DNA of 64,000 nt. Source: Amphiscolops sp. MND2022 (Eukaryota). The position numbers were made by a program, and so were the translations under genes. This document shows positions 48,951 to 61,199 of the stretch, in pieces. The stretch is from positions 5,084,001 through 5,148,000 of the forward strand of contig OZ076418.1 of assembly GCA_964187785.1 (NCBI GenBank), in the 5' to 3' direction. Positions within the stretch are counted from its first letter, which is position 1. The number at the start of each line of letters is the position of its first letter. The notes under the pieces are model-generated. The model was given only the letters and a program-made list of their open reading frames with translations, was not told where the DNA came from and did no database searches.

Positions 48951-49645
48951 TAGGGGTGCATCAAGTCCGGTCCGGTATCCGGCCGGATTTTTGATGCAAT
49001 CCGGCAGGACTAATAACTAAGAAAATGATCGCCCATCTTAGATAAAAAACTGAAACGTTTAATATTTGAACTTACGAATCAAAAATAATACGTCACCATG
49101 AAAGAACTGAAAGCAAAAAAAACAGTGCAAAAACTGGTTCAATTGATTCATTTAACATATAGCGAGTTTCGATTGAGCTTCATTTGAAAGGAAACGACTG
49201 GTACTATCTACAAGAAACCGACCTTAAAATTGGTAGAAAAAAGTGACTTCTTTTGGCTACTTTCGATCAAATTTTTCTCCTATGAACACCATCTCAAAAT
49301 TCAGCTCAACCTGAGTCTAAAGGTTAGTTAGCTTTCGATTGAGGCAACTGCCAAAAAATTGTTTATTCAAAAAATTTCAAAATGCTTTTATTGCTTTTTT
49401 TGAACTATCATTTCTCTATAACAGTCGTAAATTCCCAGTATTTTGATTTTTGAAGTAAAAATATAATTTTCCCACTATTTTATAGCAAACGTTTACTTTG
49501 CTTTTCGACGTATCATTGCCCAATCCTGGAAACAGTCTGTCATCGTCTGTAGTTGAGGATAATGTCCGGCCTGGCAGAGGATCCGGCTTCAATCAGTGCT
49601 TTCCGGTTGTCCGGCCGGAGGGAAACTTTTGTCCGTGCACCTCTA
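48951..49645. mobile_element. hAT-type MITE with CCGG-rich subterminal repeats
   Basis: TIR TAGGGGTGCA / TGCACCTCTA; 8-bp TSD ATGTGTAC on both sides. Confidence 0.85.
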
Positions 49646-49803
49646 ATGTGTACAAAAAACCCATTTTCAATATGGTCAACTTATACAAAAAAGAACAAAA
49701 TTAGTGTCCGCAAAACCTGACAGAAAAGCACTGAATTCATCTTATTGTTTTTGCCGGGATTTGTACGATATCAACTTCAGCTTTTTTTGGCTCGTTTAAT
49801 TTT

Positions 49804-50453
49804 AGGAGTCGGAAAAAATTTTCGACTACTTATGCAATCGTGTTGTTTTTTTTTGTTTTTTTTTCTCCCGACCTTTTCATGAAAATTTCAAATTTCTCAA
49901 AAACTGTCCATACGATTTTCACGAAATTTTGCACAGTCAATCTACACCCAAAGGGGCCCCTGCGTGTGCAAAGGCATCAAAATCGTATGGCTGGGATGTG
50001 AGAAACATAGCCAAAATTAGCCCAAAAATGGCCAAAAAACAGCAATTTTTCGACTTTTTTCGATTTTCTCAAAAACTGTCCATACGATTCGAACGAAATT
50101 TTCTACAGTTATTCTACACCATATTAGAGTCCTATATGTGCAATGGCATCAAAATCGTATGGCTGGGATGTGAGAAACATAGCCAAAATTAGTCCGAAAA
50201 TGGCCAAAAAACAGCCATTTTTCGACTTTTTTCGCTTTTCTCAAAAACTGTCCATACGATTCGAACAAAATTTTCTACAGTACTTCTACACCATATTAGA
50301 GTCCTATATGTGCAATGGCATCAAAATCGTATGGCTGGGATGTGAGAAACATAGCCAAAATTAGCCCAAAAATGGCCAAAAAAGGGCCATTTTTCGACTT
50401 CAGAAGGAAAAAGACCTAAGCCGACTCCTTTACCGCACATGCGGCTCTGGTTT
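49804..50453 (+). mobile_element. HINE-like family J with internal 172-bp tandem triplication
   Basis: J termini; GGCATCAAAATCGTATGGCTGGGATGTGAGAAAC at about 49973, 50145 and 50317. Confidence 0.8.
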
Positions 50454-50935
50454 AAGGTCGGTAATAGCCCAAAAAGGTCCTCTGAATTTTTTCGTAAACA
50501 GAGGTATAAATTTCCACCTTGAATGTTAATGTTTCGAAAAAAAATCATCAAAAATTGCTAATTTTCTTGACGTTTTCATTGTGATGAACCACGGATGAAC
50601 GTATTCTGACCTAACCGTATATCCAGAAAGTTGAAAATAGTTTTTGAACTGGAAAATTCACAGAAGCTGGCTCTGGGAGCAGCCCTTTTTTTCAATATCT
50701 TTTGACAGGGTCTTTTATTTGCATCTAGTTTTGTCTGAGCTTTACGCGATGGGTAAATCTGCAGCGTCTAATGCCGGTTCTCCGTGCAATTTCAAAAGAT
50801 TGAGCTGTACTTCAAAAGGGTTTCATCTCAAAATAACAAAGTCAACAGTTTGAAGCCTTGTAATTGTCTCGAAAATAATTAGTAGTTCAATAGCCTCCAT
50901 GTGTAGAGTATGTACATGTACCCCGTGTACTACAC

Positions 50936-51377
50936 CAGAGATGGCAGAAATTCACGGCGTGTAAAACCGTGACACTTGCGTTAAAAAGTGGATTCGCATA
51001 ATCCGTGACATTTGCGTGTAATCGACGATGAAAAACATTTTGAAAGGCGCATTATTGAACTTTCAGCAAATTCTTCATTCTATAACAACTTTCTTTTTTG
51101 CCATTTTTCACTCAAATTTTTTATACAATGGAGTTTTTAGATTTTGAGAAGTACTCAATGTGAGTAAACTCTTTCCAAGTTATTTGGTTAAAAAGTGTTA
51201 ATGTAAATTGCGGTAAAGTTATGATGAAAAGTGCTGTTACTTGAAGTGTCAATGTAGAAAAAAGTGTTTTTCTTTAATTTCGCGTTTTTTAAAGTTTCCC
51301 TTGAATTTCTGAGTGGAATTTTCCTTTTTTTGGCTGTGAATTTGACGAAAATTCTGCGTGAATTTCTGTCATCCCCG
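50936..51377. mobile_element. hAT-type MITE
   Basis: 17-bp imperfect TIR CAGAGATGGCAGAAATT; 8-bp TSD TACTACAC. Confidence 0.8.
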
Positions 51378-51573
51378 TACTACACTAACTTATGTAGAGA
51401 GTTTGTTTGTGAATAACATACACTGAGATCAAATTAGAATTAGAAGAGTCATCAGTGTCATGATTTCGCTGCCCCTGGAAGTGAAATCTGTGCTCTTGTA
51501 CATGACTGAGTAACAAAGACACTTTATGAAAAGGTCAATGACCTATTCTATGTTGGCATTCTATCTGTTTCAG

Positions 51574-52042
51574 ACCCTGCATCAGTGCCCTCAGTTTCGT
51601 TCAAAAGGTCAACCAAGAAAATCACTAATGGATACAGCGTCGAGATTGTTTCGGACAAACTCACAGATAAAGACAACGGCGTGTTCAGATATGTGGGGTC
51701 ATCGGCTCCCATGACTAAAGAAAACATCATGAAAACCATGAAGTATGACCCGGTCAAAGACGCAAACAAGGTGTACTTCAACGACTTCAGAGTTCTGCCC
51801 TTCGAAAGCCGAGAGGAAGTGTCAGTGGCCGTGTTTGTGATGCCTCTGAAGATCAAAGAACATGACAGCTCCGAGCGGTCTGACGCTTTAGTCGGTGAAT
51901 CGAACTTCGTCGTGAGGTCAATTATCTATGGGTCACCTTTACCTGACGTGCAATGGCTTGTAGATGGCGAGGAAATTAAAGCCGACAATTCTTTGTACTC
52001 TTTCAGAACTAGGCTGACTGTCGTCTTCGACTTCCTGATCAA
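51574..52042 (+). CDS. L1-like exon 7 (Ig4 C-half, Ig5 N-part)
   Basis: gtttcag| DPASVPSV...DKDNGVF...IYGSPLPDVQWLVDG...FDFLI |gttaga; phase 1 to 2. Confidence 0.85.
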
Positions 52043-52416
52043 GTTAGAATTTTTTTCTCCTCGTTCAAACATATAAACTCATCGACGAATGTGGTATACG
52101 TGCATGAATCAAAAACGCCTGTCGGAGATGTTTTCTTGTAGTATTTTCTTCAATGACAAGACAATTACATGGGCCACATAATCTCCCTCATTGATTTTTT
52201 TGGATCTGCGAAATCTCCCAAAAAGTGTTTGCAAAAACGGCGCCTTGTGTACTTTTTGGAATAGTATTTGATGTTTTGGAACTATGTAACCATATGCTAC
52301 CAAATTGACTTCATTTGGCCTACTTTGGATTATGGGTACTTTTGGAGTTTGTTTTTCCCGCAAAATCAGTTCTTTAACGATTTTGAAAGAACTGAATTTT
52401 TTTCTATTTTTGTCAG

Positions 52417-52889
52417 TGGCAACTGTATTAAACCGGGTTTCAGGACGGTGGAGAAATCTGTGAACATCACTGCTTTTGGGACACACACGATAGAGGGCGA
52501 ATTGCACCATGTATCCGACCACTTCCGAGTACAAGCCCACGAGCCCATGGAGTGGCAACCGGGGCTGCCGACTTCGGCCAACACCATAAATGGAAATGAC
52601 GCCAACGTCTTGTGCGCAGCCACGCAGAAAGGGGGCGTTTTGACTGGAATTGTGAAAATCACGTGGCTCCGCGCCAAGGACCTGAGTCAGATATTCTCTG
52701 GCAGTGGAGGCTTCCAGATTTCAGATGGCGAACAGGAAGTGGATGGGGCCACCTATAGTACGAGTACCTTGAAGTTCAAACCTGAAGACAATTCACTGCA
52801 CAAGTTCATTTGCGTCGCCAAGTTGATCGCCGGACAGAAACAACACACTCTGCAGACTATTCAGCACAACGTGTCTGTTGAAGTTGGAG
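52417..52889 (+). CDS. L1-like exon 8 (end of Ig5, Ig6)
   Basis: ttgtcag| GNCIK...ANVLCAA...KITW...HKFICVA...VSVEVG |gtaatt; phase 2 to 1. Confidence 0.88.
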
Positions 52890-53169
52890 GTAATTTGTTT
52901 AGTTTTAATTAGCATAGCGGTACTTTAAAGCAACGAAACTTTTCAACTTCTGAATCGTCGAATGGGGCTGGCGCAACAGGGCTCACAAGGCCCAAATGAA
53001 AGCCCAATATTAGACCTTTCAAACGGGCCATGGTTCATTTCACTGGTATGTGTAGTTGTGGAGATGGTTTAATGGAAGCCTAAAACTTCACTGTTTTTTC
53101 TCATTCAGATGTTTTCGACCCGCAATTCTTAAAGACGTGATTTTTAATAGTAACTCCTTTGATTTTCAG

Positions 53170-53351
53170 TTGGACCGGATAGTCCCATTGACTTGGCGTA
53201 CGATGGCACGAAGAAGCTGTTCTCGTGGACTGCTCAAAGAATAGCGAACGAGTACGAGATGAAAGACGTGGTTCAATCGGCCGAAGTGTTCCAGGAAACT
53301 GAGAATGAAGAACCGGAATGGAAAGAACTTGGGGCTTCTCAAATGTACCTG
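53170..53351 (+). CDS. L1-like exon 9 (FN3-1 N-half)
   Basis: ttttcag| VGPDSPIDL...FSW...EWKELGASQMYL |gttagt; phase 1 to 0. Confidence 0.85.
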
Positions 53352-53932
53352 GTTAGTTCACTTGAACTGATAGTTCCAAATTATTCTTAATGATCAGTGT
53401 ATTGTACACCGTACGAAATCTAATATATATAGTTGTACCAATTAGATGTAGGTTATTTGAGAATGTCATCATTGTTATACAAGTTATACGAAGAATCGGT
53501 CATTAGACGTTTTGCGTCTGTTGTACCAATATCAATAGGAAGTTTTAATTTTGATGACCGTTTCTGTGTCCCTGTGCCTTGAAGATAGGATCTTCGTGGA
53601 TTTTTAACGTGCATTATATTTGCAAGAGTCACCAGAACGTTTTTGAAGCCCGATGTCCTGATTTTCAATGTCATATCCCTCAAGAAAGCATTTTCATCAT
53701 TTGTCCATAAGGAAATTATTATCTGAAAGATTTATGTTGAATTTTTCAACCTGTTCGAAAGGATGTTCGGTTTTTACTATTGAAGTTTTGCCTATTTTGC
53801 GCCCAAGCGAATTTCGCGGTTTTCGGACTGTCTCGACGTATCTCGAATTCAAACCCAAATAAACATGTTTTGGGTCTTTCAAATGTAACGACCCATTCAA
53901 ACGCTCGGTTGTTGAATGCTAACTTGCCCCAG

Positions 53933-54175
53933 GGCCGAGCTGGTATCCATGACATAAAAGCGAGTTTATCGGAGCTCACTGACTACGAAATGAATGAACT
54001 GCCGACGGGAGCCAAGTTCAAGTTCAGAGTCTACACGCAGAACAAGTTTGGCAAGAGTGGATTCTCCAACGTAATTGAGACCATCACTCCGGATGCTGAG
54101 CCCACTTTAGATCTCACAGGAGTCGCAGTTAAACCAGCCGGTGATGGCTCCAGCAAAGTTGTAGTCTCTTGGGAT
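53933..54175 (+). CDS. L1-like exon 10 (FN3-1 C-half, FN3-2 start)
   Basis: Branch-point ctaac...cccag| ...LPTGAKFKFRVYTQNKFGKS...VVVSWD |gtaagt; phase 0 to 0. Confidence 0.88.
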
Positions 54176-54402
54176 GTAAGTTCCGGATCAGATATTTTGG
54201 ACGTTTCTCAAAAACCAGATGATACTTGGCATCTTTGCTGCCCATATTCAAGTTTGATTTGAAAGTTCGATTCGATAAGAGTTTTCAGTTGTCAAAAACA
54301 AGACCAAAAACATTCTTTTAGAATGATATTACTTCTAGTTCTGGCCTCCTTCACACTTGAACTTCACGTTCGAATGAAATCAAAACTTTTTGTGCTTTAC
54401 AG

Positions 54403-54768
54403 CCGTATCCCAGAGACAAGTTTGGTTCTTTTGACAAAAATGGATGCTGCATCCACGTGGAAGTTGAAGCAGTCACTAGATCTGGAGAAACCAAAACTCT
54501 GACTCTGGATTGCGTGGATCCAGAAGAGACAGAAGTTGAAACTGGCTGGCCGGACATGGCACCATACACGAAGCATAAAGTGAAGGCTTGGTTCTCGAAC
54601 GACGCAGGCGAAACTGACAAGGCTGAAGTGGAGGGTTACAACGCTGAGGCAAAACCCAGCAAACCGAATCTCTCTGAAGATCAGCCGGAGGAACAGCCCA
54701 GAGAGGTTTCAGTCGAGTTCGATAGCATGACTGATGAAGATCTGAATGGAAAGTTCAAGGATTATAAG
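54403..54768 (+). CDS. L1-like exon 11 (FN3-2, FN3-3 start)
   Basis: ctttacag| PYPRDK...APYTKHKVKAWFSNDAG...DLNGKFKDYK |gtttgt; phase 0 to 0. Confidence 0.88.
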
Positions 54769-56385
54769 GTTTGTACCTCAAGATTCGTTGTGCAATTCAT
54801 TCGTATGTTGATTGGATCAGTGCAACAAAAAAATCTCGGTTTTCGGTCAGGGCGTTTCGTGTCAAAGAGTGCCCAAATAATTACAGTCACTAGTTTTATC
54901 TCCTAGCCCCTGGTTTTCATTCAAGGAGTGCTTCAAGTTTTAAAGACTCTTGGATTGATTATCTAGAAAGTATAACCAGACCTAATTTTTTCAACGATCG
55001 AGGATACTTTTTCCGGAGGAGTTAGGAACCGCCCAGTTTTTTATTGTTTTTTTTTCAACATCAAATTGTCGAAAGTTTCAGTCTGCCACAAAATAGGTTT
55101 TCTCAAGCTTTTGACAAATACTTCCTGGTTCTCGACCAAGTTTTTATCTGAAAGACAATGCTTAGAAGTATTTGAGTGCAGTCGATTATCGCGTTTTGCT
55201 TTCATTGTTGCGAAATGTTAGTCCAAAAGTAGCAATAATTGCAAATGTAATGTATATTTTTTTTACAAATTTTAGGAGCAGTTTGCTCAATTTTCCACTC
55301 GGCAGCTTTGGCAGTTGTCCCAATCGAAAGATCACAACCTTTCAAATTGATTTCAGTGGGCCGATTTTTGACAATTTTTAAAATGAAGCGGTCTCTTATT
55401 TTCCCGTTCAAAACTACAATGTCTTTTGTGGCATTTGATCAAAAGATAGAAGCAGATTTCATTTCATGGGTTTCTCTTTGATCCCATCATTATTGAGTTT
55501 TTGGTTGCGCAGGTTTTAAAAACAAGAGGATGCATGTTCATTTCAGACACTTTCTCCAACACATATTATTTTCAAATCGTTAGTGATAGGAAGGCTTGTT
55601 TTTTCGGAATGTCCACAGTTGTTTTTTTTCAAAAGTTTAAACTTTTTCTTATACAAATAAGTACCGTGCTCACTGAAAGTCAGGTACATGTGGTTTCATG
55701 CCCATGTATAAAAAAGTTGGTTTTGGATGCGCTGCACGCTGCGGAGTCTTTTTACAGTGTCAACAACGGTCTCATAAGCATTAGTGAACATCAAATGAGG
55801 AGGGCAAAATTGTAACAATAGTTGTCCGCTAAAGTCAATCAATTTGAGAAGAGCCTCCCCTTCTGAACCATTGCGAGTTTGGAATTATGGATGAATATAG
55901 ACGATCAGACTACTTCAAGAGTTGCATCCTTTTATGCAAAGAATACAGTTCTCAGACGCGAAAAACTGACCTTAGTTCTTATACAATAGATAACGTCTGC
56001 GTGTGGAACTTAGTCGAAAGGCGATAACTTATGGATTGAGTCAATTGAATTAGGTCTGCGAAGTTTTAGTTTTTTTTACTTCCGGAGTCCTGGCATGGTT
56101 TTCCATGTTTTGGGTGGTTTCTCTTCGAATTAGTCACAAACTCTGCCACAGTAAGGAATACACAATAAATAGGTTTCTGTTTCCCCAGTTTAAAATTATC
56201 TCTTCTGATATTTCATGATAAGAGCAACTTGACTGCAGGTTAATTTCAGGCATCTTTTTTCAAGAACATTCAATTTGCTGTCGATTCTCTTGAGTAATCT
56301 GAACATGCTTGCCATATTTTATTGATTAATCAGACTACGCTTATTCTCGAATTTTACAGCGTTTCAAGTTTTTTCCAAATTGCAG

Positions 56386-56578
56386 CTGATTGTTCGAGAC
56401 GAGAATGGAACCGTTGTGGGCGAGACGACAGTAACAGATCAAGGAAAACCTGGCGAGAAAGTGAAGTTGACGGTGGATGGTCTGGATCCCTTCTCTAACT
56501 ACACGGCCGAGGTTATTGTCAGCAACCAGGAGTATTCCACGTCAACAGGAGAGATCCCCACGAAAACTGTAGCTACCA
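56386..56578 (+). CDS. L1-like exon 12 (FN3-3 C-half)
   Basis: ttgcag| LIVRDENG...GLDPFSNYTAEVIVSN...VAT |gtaagt; phase 0 to 1. Confidence 0.88.
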
Positions 56579-57243
56579 GTAAGTTATCGTTTCTTAGAAT
56601 GCTAGTAAGGTATCGCGAGTTTCATGTTTTTATTTCTACGATAGCGGGAACGATATAGAAACCGGAAGCCGCAGTTTTTTTCAGCCGAGTGTGTTCGTGA
56701 TCCGAGTCGAGTACCTACTGAAAAAGATTCCAATGTTTGTTCGGCAGTGTGAGTATAAGCGTGAGATTTAAGTTTCTCAAGCTGCCGACGACAATTCTCG
56801 TGCGCCGAATTCATTGAGATAAAGCGTGCGAATGTTCGTAATTATGTTTTCGTACGCCGAAATTTTGAGATGAAGCGAACTAGTGTTAATTATTCGTTCG
56901 CCGGGAGCTTCGCCTGCATTTATTTGCGAAACTTCATCCACGCTTAGTAGTTATATTTTCTTAGGTGAGAGAAGAATCAAAGGCGGTGTAAACTGGTACA
57001 TTGATTAATCGCGCCCTATATAATGATGAAACAGGGGTGTTTAGTTATTCCAGATAAACGTCTAATATTGGTCATGAAAGTCTAAAGCAGAAATAGTACT
57101 GTGCCCGGCTGGGGCCAATTTTGATATTGTAGGTTCCAGACATTTAGCGTGTTAGTTTGAAAAACTTAACACAATTTCATGGGGTCAAGTGAATAATTTC
57201 TTTATAACGTACTGTGCACTGACTTCTCACTGCTGTTTCTTAG

Positions 57244-57372
57244 AACCCGCTCCGATTGATCCCGATAGCATTCGAGTGATGGTGCACCCAGAAGGTGTGG
57301 TGGTATTCTGGGAACCGACTGAACCCAATGGAATCTTCAAGGATTATCTCATCAAATTCCAAGACTTTGGAG
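57244..57372 (+). CDS. L1-like exon 13 (FN3-4 N-half)
   Basis: ttcttag| PAPID...VFWEPTEPNGIFKDYLIKF |gtaact; phase 1 to 1. Confidence 0.88.
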
Positions 57373-57504
57373 GTAACTTTTTTCCTTCTTGCAATTCCTT
57401 GTGAAATAAACTGTGCTCGGAGGAAAACAAATAGCTCATGTTGACTTTTCAATATCCGCCTCTTTTGGTTGCGAAATTGGTGACATTCGGGGTTTGGTGG
57501 TTAG

Positions 57505-57678
57505 GTACTGAGGATACAACTGTGGTGCCCTTTTTCGATGCGACTGACTTGTTTTTCGACGAGAAGGGAAACCCCACAGCCAATGTGAAGGGCTACCCGT
57601 TCGAGATTGCGGCCCAGAATCACATGTACACCGGAGACTTCACTCCTGCCAACGTCGACTTCACCATCGTCACTTCTC
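57505..57678 (+). CDS. L1-like exon 14 (FN3-4 C-half)
   Basis: ggttag| TEDTTVV...YPFEIAAQNHMYTG...IVTS |gtgagt; phase 1 to 1. Confidence 0.82.
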
Positions 57679-58426
57679 GTGAGTGTACATATTTAGAGAT
57701 AGACCCCTTAAACTGCTTCTGCCCTTGATATGCATGCGGACTTTTAGGGATTTTGTTCTTTTTTTGGTCTTCAAAAGCAATAGTTCGCGTCATGCTGAAA
57801 ATTCGAACCCAAATTAGATGCCGACAACAGCGGTGACTTTTGAGTTAGTTTTTTTTTCTAAAAGGCGCCTTGAATTGGATGATTTAGTCAAAAATCTGTT
57901 CAAGAAATTAGGCTATTTGGTTAAAGTTGCCGGTGTTGGCTTCCAAACTTATCTTGGACCTGGATTTCCTTGTTTTTGTTCAACTTTAGTGATCTCATAT
58001 GGCATTGAAGCAAGTCTAAAATATATCTAGGAGCATTTCTCAAGGAATGCTAGAGAGTAGCAAAAGGTTTTTCGGAACTGTGCGACAATTCTTATTGTAC
58101 TGTTCTTGGACATACTGCAAAACGAGAAAAGATTTTTTGTACTTCTGGGATTTTCGATTTCTCTCAAACGTCCCTCAAGTGAACTGTTTTGTTGCATCGC
58201 TAAAGAATCCAAAACAGCCCGAAGCATTGACTCCTGAACTTTCTTTGGCGGTGAGATTCTTTCAATTCACGAAACAAAAACAGATATGATTTGCGCCAAA
58301 GTTGACTTAATGTGAAAGACTAACTCTTGCAATTGAACGGAGCGCCGATTTGAGCTGTTTCCGGTTTGTTGAATAAGGTTTTCTTGCCCATAATGTCATT
58401 TGTCTTATGACGGCGCTGTTGTTTAG

Positions 58427-58561
58427 CTCCCGAGAACCCGAGACCTCCCGCAAAGTGGAGCTGTGATTTGCTGAACCCAGCTAGGCTAGGAGCCGAGTGG
58501 ACGTACAAGGAGTTTGGCAATTTCGCTACTTCCCACTCCATCATTTACGGCATGATTGAAG
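58427..58561 (+). CDS. L1-like exon 15 (FN3-5 N-half)
   Basis: gtttag| PENPRPPAKWSCDLLNPARLGAEWTYKEFGNFATSHSIIYGMIE |gtaaca; phase 1 to 1; not in the ORF track. Confidence 0.78.
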
Positions 58562-59632
58562 GTAACATAAGTGTTTCCTTTTTACAAAAAAAGTAATATA
58601 TTGTACGATTCCTCAATCTCTTCTCGGTGTCTGTTTTGTGAAATCAAAATACGTAAAGAATCACTTTTTAGTTCGTTTTAGCCTTTGCTTTTTTGGTTTC
58701 TCAGAGTTAATGCACAAAACTGCACTGAATTAAATTTTAAGTGGGTTTTGAACTGCTTTTATTTCACTCTATAGATTACGCCATAGATAGAATGAGTCAA
58801 AAACTTTTTTTATTAGTTTCTGTAGTGTGCAATGATTTTTAGATGCCAAATATTTTTCTGCACAATGCCGTTTCGTCAATATTTTCGGCCCTTTTTTTGT
58901 GATCTTTTAGTTTTTCTGAACTTTCTGTTTTCCAATGTGTTTCTTTGTCGTGTAGACTACTTTGTGTTTCGTTGTGTATGAGTTGAGTGTGGTTTGATGT
59001 AATTACTAGAATACTCAAATTCAACTGAAGCTGAAAAGAAACGAAAGGCATCAGGTAAGAAAATTGTAACAAAGATAACAACGATGCACTCTTTTGGTTT
59101 CAACACAAATTCGAGTTTGAAATGGAGTTTATGTCCTATGTTTTCGTGAACTCCGAGATAAAGTTTATCAACAATATTCCAATTCTGGATTTTTGATCAA
59201 GAAATTTGTGATATAGACATTTTCAGATGACATTAGCATTCTTTTGAGTTATCTTTGTTTTGATCGAAATTCATGCGCGGTCAATTTTGGATCACCTCCA
59301 TTTCAAACGAGAAACTCTGTCAACGCTTAACTGTTTGTTTCTCAACTACTACAGTTGCTTTAATTTGAAAATTCAGCTTTATTCTTTTTTAATTGCGGGT
59401 GAATTCAACTGTTTCTTCCTGTTGAATATCAAGTTCATGGTGCTTAACTGTTGTGCTGAACTATCATTCAAATTTGCTTTTCCATTTTGGACCCATCTTG
59501 AACGACTTTCACACTGAATGATCAAAACTTCTCTAATCCGAGCACTGCGTCTTGGGATGTTTCCTCTGAAATCAAGTTTTCAACAAGAGGTTAACAAGAG
59601 GCTCTGTAGTGTCACTGTGGTATTGTCCTGTT

Positions 59633-59918
59633 AGGAGTCGGAAAAACTACTGATGCACTGGTACCTTTTTCTCCCGACCTTTCAATGAAAATTTCAAATT
59701 TCTCAAAAGGTGTCCATACAATTTTTGTAGGAATTTAGCGCAGTCATTCTACACCCAAAGATGCTTTTGCGTGCACAATGACATCGAAATAGTGTGATTG
59801 GGATCTGAGAAACATAGTCAAAATCAGTCCAAAATTGACCGGATGACGAAGTACGTAATTTGTTTTTCAAAATATTTCTCCGTTTCCGACTCCTTTACCG
59901 CACTTGCGGCTCCGGTTT
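59633..59918 (+). mobile_element. HINE-like family J, copy 3
   Basis: AGGAGTCGGAAAA start; TTTCCGACTCCTTTA, CCGCA-CT-TGCGG and CTCCGGTTT end. Confidence 0.75.
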
Positions 59919-60875
59919 CAAACTGATCTCAATCAAACGCACTTAGATTTTGTTAGGCCTTCAATCCTTTTGCCTAACTAAAAAATTGCAACTATTAAAT
60001 GTCTCTACAGATCTGAAAACTAGTTCAAACAATTATGGTCCAAGTTGCTAATTGGAAAATGTCTCCGTAAAAATATCGGAAAAAAGTCCGATTTTGTTGA
60101 CGTTGCGTAGAATCTTCTCTGGCGTGATACGAAAGTGCTAAAACTGGAATTTTACTAAATATGAAGTTTTGAAAAAATGCTAACATTTTTTTAGTATCAC
60201 AGTACTTAGGTACTTACCTAAATCCAATTCGAAAAGATAACTAGACGAGAAGTCTCTAGTCGGCGCCCCGTTTAGGGCTCAAAAAGCGCCAAGCTTTTAT
60301 AATCTTTTGAGGGAGATCTTACAAATATAAGTGGTGCTAAAAATACGCAACGAGAGCCTTTCTTGCTCGGAAAACGCATTCTCTGAAAACATGAAAAAAA
60401 AAACGAAACCGGGTTCTTGAACATTTTTTGTCGAAATAAGCAAAGTTTCGCCAACACAAACGTTCAAACCTGCGCTGGTTTTGAATCCACGTACTTCTGC
60501 TTCCGAACCACTCACTCTAACCACTAGACCAAATGACGGGACTCTATCTAATTAGTAGTTCAATATACCAGAAATCACTGAACGTCTCTTGAGAAATTAA
60601 AAAAATATGCGATCTCAATCTTTCAATTCTTAAATGTTTCCTATGAAAATTATAGCTTGGCAGTCAGCCACTTTCAGTTCAAAATGGCCATGGCTCTAAG
60701 AAATGTGTCAACTAATTTGTTAGATTTTGTACGACTGCTGAACATGTTTCGTCTCACAAAACACCAAATTGTTGTATGATTCGAACTTGTATGCACTTGT
60801 ATGGAACACTGACCACGGATGAACGTTTCGCTTCTATGACGTAATATGTAACACCATCTGACGCCATCGTTTCAG

Positions 60876-61199
60876 ATGCCCTGGAAGACTACAACGAGTC
60901 GTGTGACCCCACAGCCCTCACAGACACGCAGCACTGCTACCCGGAAGTGGACCAGGAGCCAGGCAAGTTCCGGATCCTACTGCTGGCTCGCAACAAGTAC
61001 GGGGCTGCCATGTCCAGTCCCCGCATCTGCAAGGCCACCTGGGCCTCTTCCGGGTTCCTGCAGCCGGAGAGCGAGATGCAGGGCTTCTCCACCGCGGGCG
61101 CCACTCTCATCATGTTCCTCATCCTCCTCATTCTGCTGCTCATCATCCTAGCTCTCATCGCCGTCTACTACACCAAGAACAGGAGTCATAACTACAGAG
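60876..61199 (+). CDS. L1-like exon 16 (FN3-5 C-half, TM helix, juxtamembrane tail)
   Basis: gtttcag| ...KFRILLLARNKYG...TLIMFLILLILLLIILALIAVYY-TKNRSHNYR |gtcagt; phase 1 to 1. Confidence 0.9.

Larger units (their letters stand above)
22382..61199 (+). other. L1CAM: Gene model: L1CAM/neuroglian-family cell-adhesion molecule (SP-6Ig-5FN3-TM), 16 coding exons, about 1295 codons, 3' end beyond the window
   Basis: All 15 introns are GT-AG with matching phases. L1-type signatures: Ig1 YYWCTAQNEHGMASS, Ig2 KDGRFVIGDDFDLYILDA, FN3 DLNGKFKDY / GLDPFSNY / EPNGIFKDY, and juxtamembrane YYTKNRSHNY. Confidence 0.8.

Noticed and set aside
49929-50364. Tandem paralogous small proteins (87 and 73 aa)
   Set aside because: Translations of the 172-bp tandem unit within a family-J element.
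52109-52677. Antisense ORFs (149 and 103 aa)
   Set aside because: Shadows of L1-like exon 8; likewise 44202-44540, 54351-54620, 60937-61158 and 63215-63664 are shadows of sense coding sequence.
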